A stretch of DNA of 64,000 nt from Candidatus Micrarchaeia archaeon. GTDB taxonomy: Bacteria > Chloroflexota > Dormibacteria > Aeolococcales > Bog-877. The notes beneath the pieces were generated by a model, which had not been told where the DNA came from, did no database searches, and worked only from the letters and a program-made list of their open reading frames with translations. The stretch is taken from contig DATLUG010000042.1 in NCBI GenBank assembly GCA_035533215.1, positions 16,330 through 80,329 on the forward strand, given 5' to 3'. Below, one piece after another: positions 43,340 to 51,414 of this stretch. Within the stretch, counting starts at the first letter, position 1. Each line of letters opens with the position of its first letter. The position numbers and the translations under genes were made by a program.

Positions 43340-45031
43340 GTGACTGACTCGATCACAACGCCGAATCCGTCACCGGGGTTCCGCCCCGGGACCGCGACCG
43401 CCCCAGAGCTGGTCCGTCGTCTCGGCAGCGGGAGCGCGGGCGAGACCTGGCGGGCGCGGCTCCCCGACGGCCGCTGGGTGGCGGTGAAGGTGCTCGCGCC
43501 CGCGGCCGCCGCCGCCCGCCGCGCGACCGCGTCGGACCAGGGCCTCCTGGCCCGGCTCGCCCACCCCCGGCTGGTGCCGGTGCACGCCGTGCTCGACCAG
43601 GGGGAGCGGCTGTGGGTGGTGCGCGCGCTGGCCCCGGGAGTGACGCTCCGCCGGCTGCGCTCGGTGGTGGAGCTCGCGCCGGGGCAGGTGGCCGCGCTGG
43701 GCACCGGCATCCTGGAGGCGCTCGACGGACTGCATCGCGCGGGCCTGCACCACGGGGGAGTGCAGCCCGACAACATCTGGGTGGATGAGGACGGGGCGGT
43801 GCGGATGGCGGACGCCGCGCTGCCGCGGGCGGGAGCGGCGCCCGGGCGTCGGGCCGGCGCGCGCGGCGCCGCCGACCGGAACGCCGCCGACCTGGCCGCC
43901 GCGGGCGGCCTCCTGGTCGCGGCCCTGGAGGCCGGGCCCCAGGCTCCGGAGGCGGCCCACGGGAGCCTGCTGGTCACCCCGGGGGCGTCCCAGCGCCCCC
44001 AGCTGCTGGCGGCGGCGCGGGCGCTGGTCGCCCTCGGGGACCGCGCGGGGCGGACGGCAGGGGGATCCCAGACCCCCGCGGGCGCCCCGCCGCCGACCAT
44101 CCTCGCCGACTGGGCTCGGGCGGCGGGCCCGCTCGCCGATCCGGCTTCCCGGGCCGTCTGCCTCGCCGAGCTCGGCGCCTTCGTCCGCCGCCTTCGACCG
44201 AGGGAGCCGGCCGGACCCGATGCGATGCCAGGCCCCGCTCCCGATCCGCGGCGGGCGGCCGTCCCAACGCTCGCCGCCCAGGCGCCGGCCGCCGCCCCGC
44301 GGCCCCCTCCGGTCCCCGCCCCGCCGAGACACCCCCACCGAGCGGGGAGGGGGGCGGCGGCGGCGATGGCGGCGGCGCTCGTGCTCGGGGGCGTCGGCGC
44401 CGTCGTGCTCGCCCTCGCCCTCGGCGCCCATCCCGCGCCGCGGGGGGCGGACCAGCCCTCCGGCTCGCGGTCGCCGACGGTCCCGGCCGGAGCGCCGGCC
44501 CGCCCGCACCCGTCGGCGCGGACATCCGCGCCGACGCGGCGCGGGCCGACCGGGACATCCCGGCGGCGGGCCGCCGCGGCCGCCTCCCCGCAGCCCGCGC
44601 GGGCCCCCGGGCGCCCGCACCGGGCCGCCTCCCTCCCGCGGGGACTCGCCCCGCTGCCGTCGCTGGGGCCGGGGTCGGCCGGAGCGGTCCAGCGGGTCTC
44701 GATGCGCACCGCGCCGGACGGCTGCACCCGCTCGTCCGCGGGCTGCAGCGTGACCATCCGGATCGACCTCGGCTCCCATCCCGCCGAGCCGATCGGCTGG
44801 GCCCTGGAGCTCGTCGACGCCTGCACCGGCCGTGTCACCCCCGGGCCCGCCGGCAGCTACACCGCGCCCGCTCCCTACACCTATGTGGAGGCGCAGGCGA
44901 GCGTCACGCCGGCGACGGTCGCCGCCGGCGGCCGGGTCCCGGTGGCGGTGGTGGCGGTGACCACGTTCCCGGCGCGGGCGGCCGCGACGCCGACCTACCT
45001 GGTCCCGCCGGGCGCGTCCTGCACGGCCTGA
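43340..45031 (+). CDS. membrane protein with degenerate Ser/Thr kinase-like (pseudokinase) domain
   Basis: GSGSAGETW G-loop and a VAVKVL lysine. The catalytic loop reads LHHGGVQPDN (HRD Asp and Lys absent) and there is no DFG. A P/A-rich linker, one TM (AAAAMAAALVLGGVGAVVLALAL) and a ~150 aa extracytoplasmic tail with 4 Cys. Confidence 0.75.
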   Translation: MTDSITTPNPSPGFRPGTATAPELVRRLGSGSAGETWRARLPDGRWVAVKVLAPAAAAARRATASDQGLLARLAHPRLVPVHAVLDQGERLWVVRALAPGVTLRRLRSVVELAPGQVAALGTGILEALDGLHRAGLHHGGVQPDNIWVDEDGAVRMADAALPRAGAAPGRRAGARGAADRNAADLAAAGGLLVAALEAGPQAPEAAHGSLLVTPGASQRPQLLAAARALVALGDRAGRTAGGSQTPAGAPPPTILADWARAAGPLADPASRAVCLAELGAFVRRLRPREPAGPDAMPGPAPDPRRAAVPTLAAQAPAAAPRPPPVPAPPRHPHRAGRGAAAAMAAALVLGGVGAVVLALALGAHPAPRGADQPSGSRSPTVPAGAPARPHPSARTSAPTRRGPTGTSRRRAAAAASPQPARAPGRPHRAASLPRGLAPLPSLGPGSAGAVQRVSMRTAPDGCTRSSAGCSVTIRIDLGSHPAEPIGWALELVDACTGRVTPGPAGSYTAPAPYTYVEAQASVTPATVAAGGRVPVAVVAVTTFPARAAATPTYLVPPGASCTA

Positions 45032-46116
45032 CCGGCGGCCGGGGCGAGCAGGTCCCGGCCGATGGCGCCCGGCCGGTCTGCCCCCGCCAGCCGCATCGCC
45101 TCCACCAGCTCGGTGCGGTACCGATCGAGGACGCGGCCGACGCCGGCGGCCCCGTCGGCGGCCAGTCCGAGGATCGCCGGGCGCCCCACCAGCACCGCCC
45201 GGGCGCCCTGCGCCAGCGCGCGGACCACGTCCACACCGGTGACGATCCCGCCGTCGACCAGCACCTCGGCGGTGTCCCCGACCGCCTCGACGACCCCCGG
45301 CAGGGCGAGGCAGCTGGCCACGGCCCCATCCAGCTGGCGACCGCCGTGGTTGGACACGACGACGGCGCGGGCCCCGGCGGCGACCGCCGTGCGGGCGTCG
45401 TCGGGATGGAGGACGCCCTTCACCACCACCGGCAGGCCGCTCTGCTCCGCCAGCCAGGCGATGGTGCCGGGGGTGACGTCGGCAGCCTGGCTGATGCGGT
45501 CCCACCGCTGCGGGTCGCCGGAGGCCGCGACGTCCGGGAGGTTGGCGAACAGCATCGCGTCCGGGATCACGAGGTCGGGGCAGCGCCGCTTGGTCCCCGG
45601 CACCGGGGTGTCGGCGGTGAGGACCAGCGCGCGCGCGCCCAGGCGGGCGGCCGCCGCGACCAGCTCCCGGGTGAGGCCGCGGTCGCGCAGCACGTACACC
45701 TGGAACCAGAAGGGACCGCCGGCGGCGGCCACCTGCGCCAGCGGCACCGAGCACCGGGTGGAGACCACGTGGAGGACGTCCCGGGCGGCAGCGGCGGCGG
45801 CGGTCGCCGCCTCGCCGGCGCGGTGGAACAGCCGCTGGTGGCCGACCGGGGCGATCGCCACCGGCATCGACACCGTGGTGCCGAGGAGCTGCGTCGCCGG
45901 ATCGACCACGGTCACATCGCGGAGGACCCGCGGTCGCAGCGCGATGCGGTCCCAGGCGTCGCGGTTGGCGGCCAGCGTCCGCTCGCGGCCGCTGCCTGAC
46001 TCCAGGTAGGCGAGGGCCTCCGCCGGGAGCCGCCGATGGGCGAGCGCCTCGATCGCGTCGGCGTCGAGGGTCCCGGCATCGGCGGCGCCGGTCCGGCGAA
46101 CGGGCGGGCTGGACAC
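44995..46116 (-). CDS. FMN-dependent alpha-hydroxy-acid dehydrogenase/oxidase (LldD/glycolate oxidase family)
   Basis: LRPRVLRDV, FWFQVY, VVVKGV, VVSNHGGRQLDG, VLVDGGI, GRP. GTG at 46116. 37-nt convergent overlap with the pseudokinase gene. Confidence 0.9.
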   Translation of the reverse strand: MSSPPVRRTGAADAGTLDADAIEALAHRRLPAEALAYLESGSGRERTLAANRDAWDRIALRPRVLRDVTVVDPATQLLGTTVSMPVAIAPVGHQRLFHRAGEAATAAAAAARDVLHVVSTRCSVPLAQVAAAGGPFWFQVYVLRDRGLTRELVAAAARLGARALVLTADTPVPGTKRRCPDLVIPDAMLFANLPDVAASGDPQRWDRISQAADVTPGTIAWLAEQSGLPVVVKGVLHPDDARTAVAAGARAVVVSNHGGRQLDGAVASCLALPGVVEAVGDTAEVLVDGGIVTGVDVVRALAQGARAVLVGRPAILGLAADGAAGVGRVLDRYRTELVEAMRLAGADRPGAIGRDLLAPAAGQAVQDAPGGTR

Positions 46117-46206
46117 CTTGCCATGATCGGCCTCCGGGGGCCGTCCCGGCGAGAACCCGCCCCGGGTGCGCCCCCCGGCCGCACCGGTGGGGCAGAATCG
46201 CCGTGG

Positions 46207-47745
46207 ATGGTGATGCACGCCCGGCGCCCCCTGATGGCCGGAGCGCTCCTCGCTGGTCTGGCGCTGTCGGTCGCGGCGCCCGCGATCGCGGCGCGGGCGC
46301 CGACGCCGCGGCGGAACGCGGGGGCCGGCCGGGCGCCCGTCCCCAACCGGCTGGTGGAGGCGCTCGCCGCCGCCGAGATCTCGGCACGCCGGGACGCGGC
46401 CGCCCGCCGGCGGCTCAGCCGGCTGACGGCCGCCACCGCCAGCAGGCTCCAGCGGCTGGATCGCACCGCCCACCGGGCCGACACTCGCCGCCTCCGCGCG
46501 CAGCGCGCGGAGGCGGAGGCGCGCGATGCGCTCGCCGGCCTCCTCGCCACCGACTACACCACCGGCCGCACCGACATCGTCGCGGTGATCGGGAGCGCCT
46601 CCTTCGCCGCCGCCATCGGCCGCGCGATCCGGCTGAGCCAGGCGACCGGGGCGGCGGCGACGACGACCGCCGCGCTCCTGTCGGCGGTGGGTCGGGCCCG
46701 GCACGGCACCTCGCGGCTGGCGCGGATCCGGGACGGGCTCGCGCTGGATCGGGCGCGGCTGGCGGCGGAGGCGGTCGTCCTCGCCCAGTCCCAGGCGGCG
46801 TCGCGGCGGCGGTCCGGCCGCCTGGCGGTGCAGCTCGCGGCCCTCCGACTCGCCGCGGCTCGGCGCGCGCGCGCCCGCCCCCCCGCGCCCCCCCGGGCGG
46901 CCGCGACCCCGCCCCCGGCCGTCACCCCGCGCGCGACCGCCGGGCGGGCCTCGCCGACCGCGGTCGCCGCGCGGTCGCCGCGCCGCCGCCCGCCGCCGGC
47001 CCCGAGCCCGACCCGGACCGCGGCTCCGAGCGCGACGCCGAGGCCGCCCGTCGCCCCGACCGCGAGCGCGACTCCGACCTCGGGGCCGACGCCGTCGGCC
47101 TCAGCGCCGGCGCCGCCCACCGCTGTGCCCGCCCCCGCGGTGAGCCCGCGCCCGTCGCCGACCCCGGCATCCACCGCCAGCGCCATCGCCGGGGTCCCCG
47201 CTCCGCCGCCGCCGCTCCCGCCGGGCGCGGTGACCGTGGCCACCAACCTCACCGAGCCGAGCGGGATCCGCGAGGGTGCGCTGGCGGCGTTCCTGGCCGG
47301 CACCAAGCTGTCCGGCGATGCCGCGGCCTTCCTGGCGGCGGAGCGCACCGACCACGTCAGCGCGCTGTTCCTTGCCGCCGAGGCGATCCTGGAGACGGGC
47401 TTCGGCACCTCGACGATCTACCGCACCAAGCACAACCTGTACGGGTGGGGCGCGGACGCCGCCCACCCCCTCCGCGACGCCCTCGCCTTCCGCAGCGACG
47501 CCGCCTGCATCGCGCAGGTGGCCTGGGCGATCGCGGTCGACTACCTCACCCCCCCGGGTTCGATGGTGCAACCGTACGGCGCTCCCGCCGCGGCGCCGGC
47601 ATCAGTCGCCACCGGACGGTTCTACCACGGCCCCACCCTGCTCGGGATGAGCGTCGACTACGCCGGGAACGGGGCCTGGGCGAGCAGCGTCGCCACCATC
47701 GCCGACGAGATCCAGCAGAGCGCCGGGGCCGGCCCCGGGGGCTGA
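46207..47745 (+). CDS. secreted coiled-coil protein with C-terminal glucosaminidase (LytD/FlgJ-type) domain
   Basis: Signal peptide MVMHARRPLMAGALLAGLALSVAAPAIA, then a long R/A coiled-coil region, a P/A/T linker, and AAFLAAERTDHVSALFLAAEAILETGFGTSTIYRTKHNLYGWGA. Confidence 0.8.
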   Translation: MVMHARRPLMAGALLAGLALSVAAPAIAARAPTPRRNAGAGRAPVPNRLVEALAAAEISARRDAAARRRLSRLTAATASRLQRLDRTAHRADTRRLRAQRAEAEARDALAGLLATDYTTGRTDIVAVIGSASFAAAIGRAIRLSQATGAAATTTAALLSAVGRARHGTSRLARIRDGLALDRARLAAEAVVLAQSQAASRRRSGRLAVQLAALRLAAARRARARPPAPPRAAATPPPAVTPRATAGRASPTAVAARSPRRRPPPAPSPTRTAAPSATPRPPVAPTASATPTSGPTPSASAPAPPTAVPAPAVSPRPSPTPASTASAIAGVPAPPPPLPPGAVTVATNLTEPSGIREGALAAFLAGTKLSGDAAAFLAAERTDHVSALFLAAEAILETGFGTSTIYRTKHNLYGWGADAAHPLRDALAFRSDAACIAQVAWAIAVDYLTPPGSMVQPYGAPAAAPASVATGRFYHGPTLLGMSVDYAGNGAWASSVATIADEIQQSAGAGPGG

Positions 47746-47775
47746 GACCGCCGCCGACCGGGGTCGGCGGCGGTC
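47746..47775 (+). terminator. perfect 13-bp GC hairpin after the glucosaminidase gene
   Basis: GACCGCCGCCGAC-CGGG-GTCGGCGGCGGTC starts 1 nt after the stop. There is no U-tract, so function as a terminator is inferred. Confidence 0.5.
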
Positions 47776-47834
47776 GAGAGCGTGGGCTGGCCCCGACGTT
47801 GGTATGCTCGCCAGCGCTTGGCGGTGCCGGCCGA

Positions 47835-47911
47835 GCCCCGTTCGTCTAGTGGCCCAGGACACCGCCCTCTCAAGGCGGAGATCAGCGGTTCGAATCCGCT
47901 ACGGGGTACCA
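47835..47911 (+). tRNA. tRNA-Glu (anticodon CUC), CCA encoded
   Basis: Cloverleaf by hand: acceptor GCCCCGU/ACGGGGU (G1-U72 wobble), D arm GUC-UAGUGGCCCA-GGAC, anticodon arm CCGCC-CUCUCAA-GGCGG, T arm AGCGG-UUCGAAU-CCGCU, then A-CCA. Confidence 0.9.
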
Positions 47912-47951
47912 GGCGCGGCCACCGCATCGCCGCCCGGTCACCCGAGGAGCC

Positions 47952-48491
47952 ATGCCGGACACCCCGGACGCCCGCCCCCGCCCCCCGGCCCTCCCGATGG
48001 CGGCCCACGGCCACCAGATCCAGGCCCACCAGGTGGTTCTGCCGGCGGAGCCGGCGGAGGCCCGCTCGGCGCTGGCGGCGGCGCTCGCCATCTCCGCCGG
48101 CCCCGAGCGGCGCGCTGCCCTCGCCGCGGTCTGCGCCGCGCATCCCAGCTGCCTGGACGCGTGGTCGCGGCTCGCCCAGGCCGCCTATGGGGGCGGCGAC
48201 GTGGTCGACGCCTACGCCTTCGCCCGCGTCGGCTACCACCGTGGGCTGGACCGGCTCCGCCGTCACGGCTGGGGCGGCAGCGGCCAGGTTCGATGGGCCG
48301 AGGAGGGCAATCGCGGCTTCCTGCGCGCCGTCCACGGCCTCATGGGTGCGGCCGCCGCCATCGGCGAGATGGACGAGGCCGACCGCTGCCGGGCCTTCCT
48401 GGTCGACCTCGATCCCGAGGACGGCATCGGCGCAGGCGCCCGTCCGGCCCTCGCCTCCGGCGACCGGGTCCCGCCGGCGGACCTTCCCTGA
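47952..48491 (+). CDS. DUF3151-family protein
   Basis: AAHPSCLDAWSRLAQAAYGGGDVVDAYAFARVGYHRGLDRLRRHGWGGSGQVRWAEEGNRGFLRAVHGL. Confidence 0.8.
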   Translation: MPDTPDARPRPPALPMAAHGHQIQAHQVVLPAEPAEARSALAAALAISAGPERRAALAAVCAAHPSCLDAWSRLAQAAYGGGDVVDAYAFARVGYHRGLDRLRRHGWGGSGQVRWAEEGNRGFLRAVHGLMGAAAAIGEMDEADRCRAFLVDLDPEDGIGAGARPALASGDRVPPADLP

Positions 48492-48524
48492 GCGGCGGCC
48501 GGAACCGGCGGGTCGGGCGGCCCT

Positions 48525-49454
48525 CTACGGCGGGGTCGTCTCGGACGCGCCCGCCAGCGCGGCGACCGCGGCGGGCGCGCGGGGTGGGGCCTCGGGCAGC
48601 GGCGGCGGCGGCTCGGGGGCGGTCGGCGGCGCGCCACGGAATCCCGCCGCATTGCGATGTCCGCCGCCGCCGAAGCCGACCGCGATCGCGCTGACGTCGA
48701 TCCCCGCGGGGGTGGACCGGAGCGACCAGCGTGCCAGCCCGTCGCCGCCCTGCCACCAGACCCCCGCAAACGGTCGCCCCTGCGCCAGCCGGTCACCGAG
48801 CTCGCTCTGCAGGATCGGGCTGTTCACGACCGGCACCGGGATCCCCGCCACCTCCACCACCGCGGCGCGGGCGGCGATCCGGTCCACCAGCTGGCGCTGG
48901 TAGCGGAGGAGGACCGCACCCTCGCGGCGCAGGAGGTCGACGTCGAGCGCGTCCCAGACCGCGAAGTCGTACGGATGGGCGCTGAGCGCCACCGACACCT
49001 CGGCGCTGCCGGGGAGCTGGTTGCGCCAGAGGTCACGGTCCTGCACGTAGCGGAGCAGGGGGGGCGGCGGCGAGCCGTGGAGGTGCTCCCAGGTCATCAC
49101 CGCGCCGCTGCGATCCATGTCGAAGGTGCAGCAGTCGAGGTCGTGCAGCTCGGCCGCCGCGCTGCGGTGGTGGTCGAGGACCCGCAGGTCGGCGGCCTCG
49201 GCCCAGAGCCTCTCGGTCACGGGGCGGGAGAAGGCGAAGTCGCAGATGAGGACGGTGCGCCCGCCAACCTCCGGGGGGGAGTCGCCGTGGCTGATCGGCC
49301 GGTAGTCGGCGCCGTCGCCCCACCGCTTCCAGGCCGCGTACGCCGCCCCGAACCCGTCCGGACAGTCGCCGTGATAGCAGACCAGGGGACGGCTCGGACC
49401 GGGAGCCGGCGCAAGCGCGGCGACGGGCGTCCCAGCCAGCGGCGTCTCAGCCAT
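48525..49454 (-). CDS. DHH/DHHA1-family phosphoesterase
   Basis: CYHGDCPDGFGAAYAAW, VLDHH, GGGGHRNAAGF. ATG at 49454 overlaps the upstream gene's stop by 8 nt. Confidence 0.85.
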   Translation of the reverse strand: MAETPLAGTPVAALAPAPGPSRPLVCYHGDCPDGFGAAYAAWKRWGDGADYRPISHGDSPPEVGGRTVLICDFAFSRPVTERLWAEAADLRVLDHHRSAAAELHDLDCCTFDMDRSGAVMTWEHLHGSPPPPLLRYVQDRDLWRNQLPGSAEVSVALSAHPYDFAVWDALDVDLLRREGAVLLRYQRQLVDRIAARAAVVEVAGIPVPVVNSPILQSELGDRLAQGRPFAGVWWQGGDGLARWSLRSTPAGIDVSAIAVGFGGGGHRNAAGFRGAPPTAPEPPPPLPEAPPRAPAAVAALAGASETTPP

Positions 49455-50709
49455 AGATGAACCCCTCGACGTCCTGGAGCGAGGTGACCTGGCGACTGTC
49501 GACGAGGCCCGGGATGTCGTAGTAGTTGCTCTCGTCGACGGTGAACGACGACGGTCCCTGGACCGCAGCCACGTAGGCCACATGGCCGAAGCTGGGGTCG
49601 TACGGATACGCCGGTCCCCACACCACGATCGCACCGGCCTCGGGGACGGTGCCGGTGGCGTAGCCCGCGGCCTGGGCCTCGCTCAGCCACTGGTAGGCGT
49701 TCCCGTACCAGGGGACGTACCGGCGGGTGGCGACGTACCAGGTGCACTGTCCCCACGGGAAATGATCGGGGAAGGGGGCCCCCTGGGTCGGCACGATCGG
49801 GGTCGGCGCGGTGGCGTTGCCGGCGGCCGGAGCGGCGGCGGCGGCGGCGGCAGCGGCAGCGGCGGCGGCAGCGGCAGCGGCGGCGGCGGCAGCGGCAGCG
49901 GCGGCAGCGGCAGCGGCGGCGGCCGCGGCGGCCGCCTCCCTCTGCTGCACCGCTGAGATCTGGCCGGCGACGGCGTCCGCCTGGCCCGCCACGGTGGCGG
50001 CCGCTCCGGTGAGGCGCCCGACCTCGGTCTGGTAGGTCGCCTCCTCAGCGGTGAGGCGGGCCCGCGCCGCCTGCAGCGACGTGACGATCCCCACCTGGCG
50101 GTGGACCTCGCTGCGCTGCTGGCGCTGGAGACCGTGGAGGGTCGCCTCCTCGCTCGCGAGCGCGGCCGAGAGGACCGAGAACTGGTGGTTGACGGCCTGG
50201 ATCTGCACGGTGGCATCGACGAAGCCGGCGATCCCCCTGCTGTTGACGAAGGCGCTGGTCACGGTCGGTCCCACGCCCCGCTGGTAGAGGTCCACCACCG
50301 CGCCGGAGAGGCGCTGCTGATCATGGTGCAGGCGCACCTCGGTGAGCAGGATCCGGGTGGTGGTGCGGGCGAGGGCGGCGTTGATCCGGTCGAGGCGGAT
50401 CTGGGCCGTCTCCAGCCGGGACCGGAGCACACCGATCCGGCGCGCGGTTGCGGTTGCCTGCTGGACGGCGACGCTGCGCTCCCCGTGCAGGGTCCCGAGC
50501 TGGGAGTGGAGCGTCGCCTGCCGCTGCTCCAGCGCCGCCTGCTGCTGGCGGAGGATGGCCTGCTGGTGGCGGATGGCGGCCAGCCTCTGGGTGTACTTGC
50601 TGGCGGAGACCGGCGGGGCCGCGCCCACCCAGGTGGTCCCGGCCAGCGCCACGCCCACCATGAGCACGACCAAGCGGCGCGGCACGGGACGACGGAATAC
50701 TCGAGACAT
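49447..50709 (-). CDS. secreted coiled-coil peptidoglycan hydrolase with C-terminal CHAP domain and poly-Ala linker
   Basis: Signal/TM LVVLMVGVALAGTTWVGA and a Q/R/A/L coiled-coil region. Then a run of ~35 Ala and CHAP motifs (FPWGQCTWYVATRR ... FGHVAYVAAV). Confidence 0.9.
   Translation of the reverse strand: MSRVFRRPVPRRLVVLMVGVALAGTTWVGAAPPVSASKYTQRLAAIRHQQAILRQQQAALEQRQATLHSQLGTLHGERSVAVQQATATARRIGVLRSRLETAQIRLDRINAALARTTTRILLTEVRLHHDQQRLSGAVVDLYQRGVGPTVTSAFVNSRGIAGFVDATVQIQAVNHQFSVLSAALASEEATLHGLQRQQRSEVHRQVGIVTSLQAARARLTAEEATYQTEVGRLTGAAATVAGQADAVAGQISAVQQREAAAAAAAAAAAAAAAAAAAAAAAAAAAAAAAAAAAPAAGNATAPTPIVPTQGAPFPDHFPWGQCTWYVATRRYVPWYGNAYQWLSEAQAAGYATGTVPEAGAIVVWGPAYPYDPSFGHVAYVAAVQGPSSFTVDESNYYDIPGLVDSRQVTSLQDVEGFIYG
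49831..49935 (-). repeat. imperfect GCY/GCG trinucleotide repeat encoding the poly-alanine tract
   Basis: The plus strand is (GGC/AGC/CGC)n for 105 nt. In the CHAP gene frame every codon is Ala. Confidence 0.9.
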
Positions 50710-50810
50710 GAAGAGGAGGACGGAGTGCGACGACGGTCTCGCCGCCGCACTGTATCAGCCGCGGACCCCCATCGCAAGCTTGCCCGCTCCCGTGAACGGA
50801 CGGCGCCATC

Positions 50811-50831
50811 GTCACCGGTCTGTCACCGGTC
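50811..50831. promoter_or_regulatory. tandem direct repeat upstream of the CHAP hydrolase gene
   Basis: GTCACCGGTC-T-GTCACCGGTC (11-bp register), ~100 nt upstream of the start at 50709. Confidence 0.4.
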
Positions 50832-50900
50832 GAGCCCGGCCCCAGCCGACCCGGCCGGATCGGTGCGCCTCGGCCAGCTCCCCTCGGCGGGCCGGGGCCG

Positions 50901-51347
50901 CTATCGGCGCGCGGAAGGGAGGCGGGGAAGGTCCGGGGGCTCACCGGGTCGCCGGCCGGACCCGACCGCCGCCGCGGCGAGTCGGAGCAGCGCGGCCGCC
51001 GCCGGCCCCCAGGCGGGACCGCCGGCGGCGGGTCGGCCCCGCCCCGGGGTGGCCGGCGGGTGGAGGCCGACGGCCCGGGTGGCGCGGACGTGCAGCCGGA
51101 CCCGGCCCAGCCGGCGGCGCTCCAGCCACAGCTCGGTGCGGTCCACAGCGAAGGGCGCCCCGGGCGAGCGGCCGCCCTCTGATCCGCCCCGACCCTCGTC
51201 ACGCAGGCGCCACACCGCCCGCGCCAGCGGCGGCAGCACCGCCACCAGAACGGTCACCAGCGGGCGGACCCATCGTGCCGGCGGCCGCCCGCGGCGGCGC
51301 GTCAGCACCGGGCTGGGGGCGGGGGCGATGGCGGGGAGCCGTTCCAT
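50901..51347 (-). CDS. hypothetical small membrane protein
   Basis: ATG at 51347. GC3-saturated frame. One hydrophobic segment (WVRPLVTVLVAVLPPLARAVW). Divergent from the 51415 operon. Confidence 0.5.
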   Translation of the reverse strand: MERLPAIAPAPSPVLTRRRGRPPARWVRPLVTVLVAVLPPLARAVWRLRDEGRGGSEGGRSPGAPFAVDRTELWLERRRLGRVRLHVRATRAVGLHPPATPGRGRPAAGGPAWGPAAAALLRLAAAAVGSGRRPGEPPDLPRLPSARR

Positions 51348-51414
51348 CCGGTGTGCGTCGATGGTACGCGGCCGCGATCGGGGGCGGCGGCTCCCTCTCC
51401 TGTAAGCTGCCGCC

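Noticed and set aside
43370-46387. 1005-aa minus-strand ORF.
   Set aside because: It is an off-frame or antisense shadow of the pseudokinase and hydroxy-acid dehydrogenase genes, with extreme R/G/P content.
49831-49935. Repetitive DNA that might be taken for a CRISPR array or a VNTR between genes.
   Set aside because: The period is 3 nt with no spacers, and the tract lies inside a well-supported ORF where it encodes poly-Ala. No CRISPR-like repeat-spacer structure was seen anywhere in the window.
50710-50900. Possible ydaO-type (c-di-AMP) riboswitch upstream of the CHAP hydrolase, since that class often precedes actinobacterial wall hydrolases.
   Set aside because: I could not find the characteristic conserved blocks (ACGGGG / CCCGA pairs, or the ...AGCUAACCUCGUAAGC-like 3' segment). 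Only generic G-rich strings are present. A covariance-model scan would be needed to be sure.
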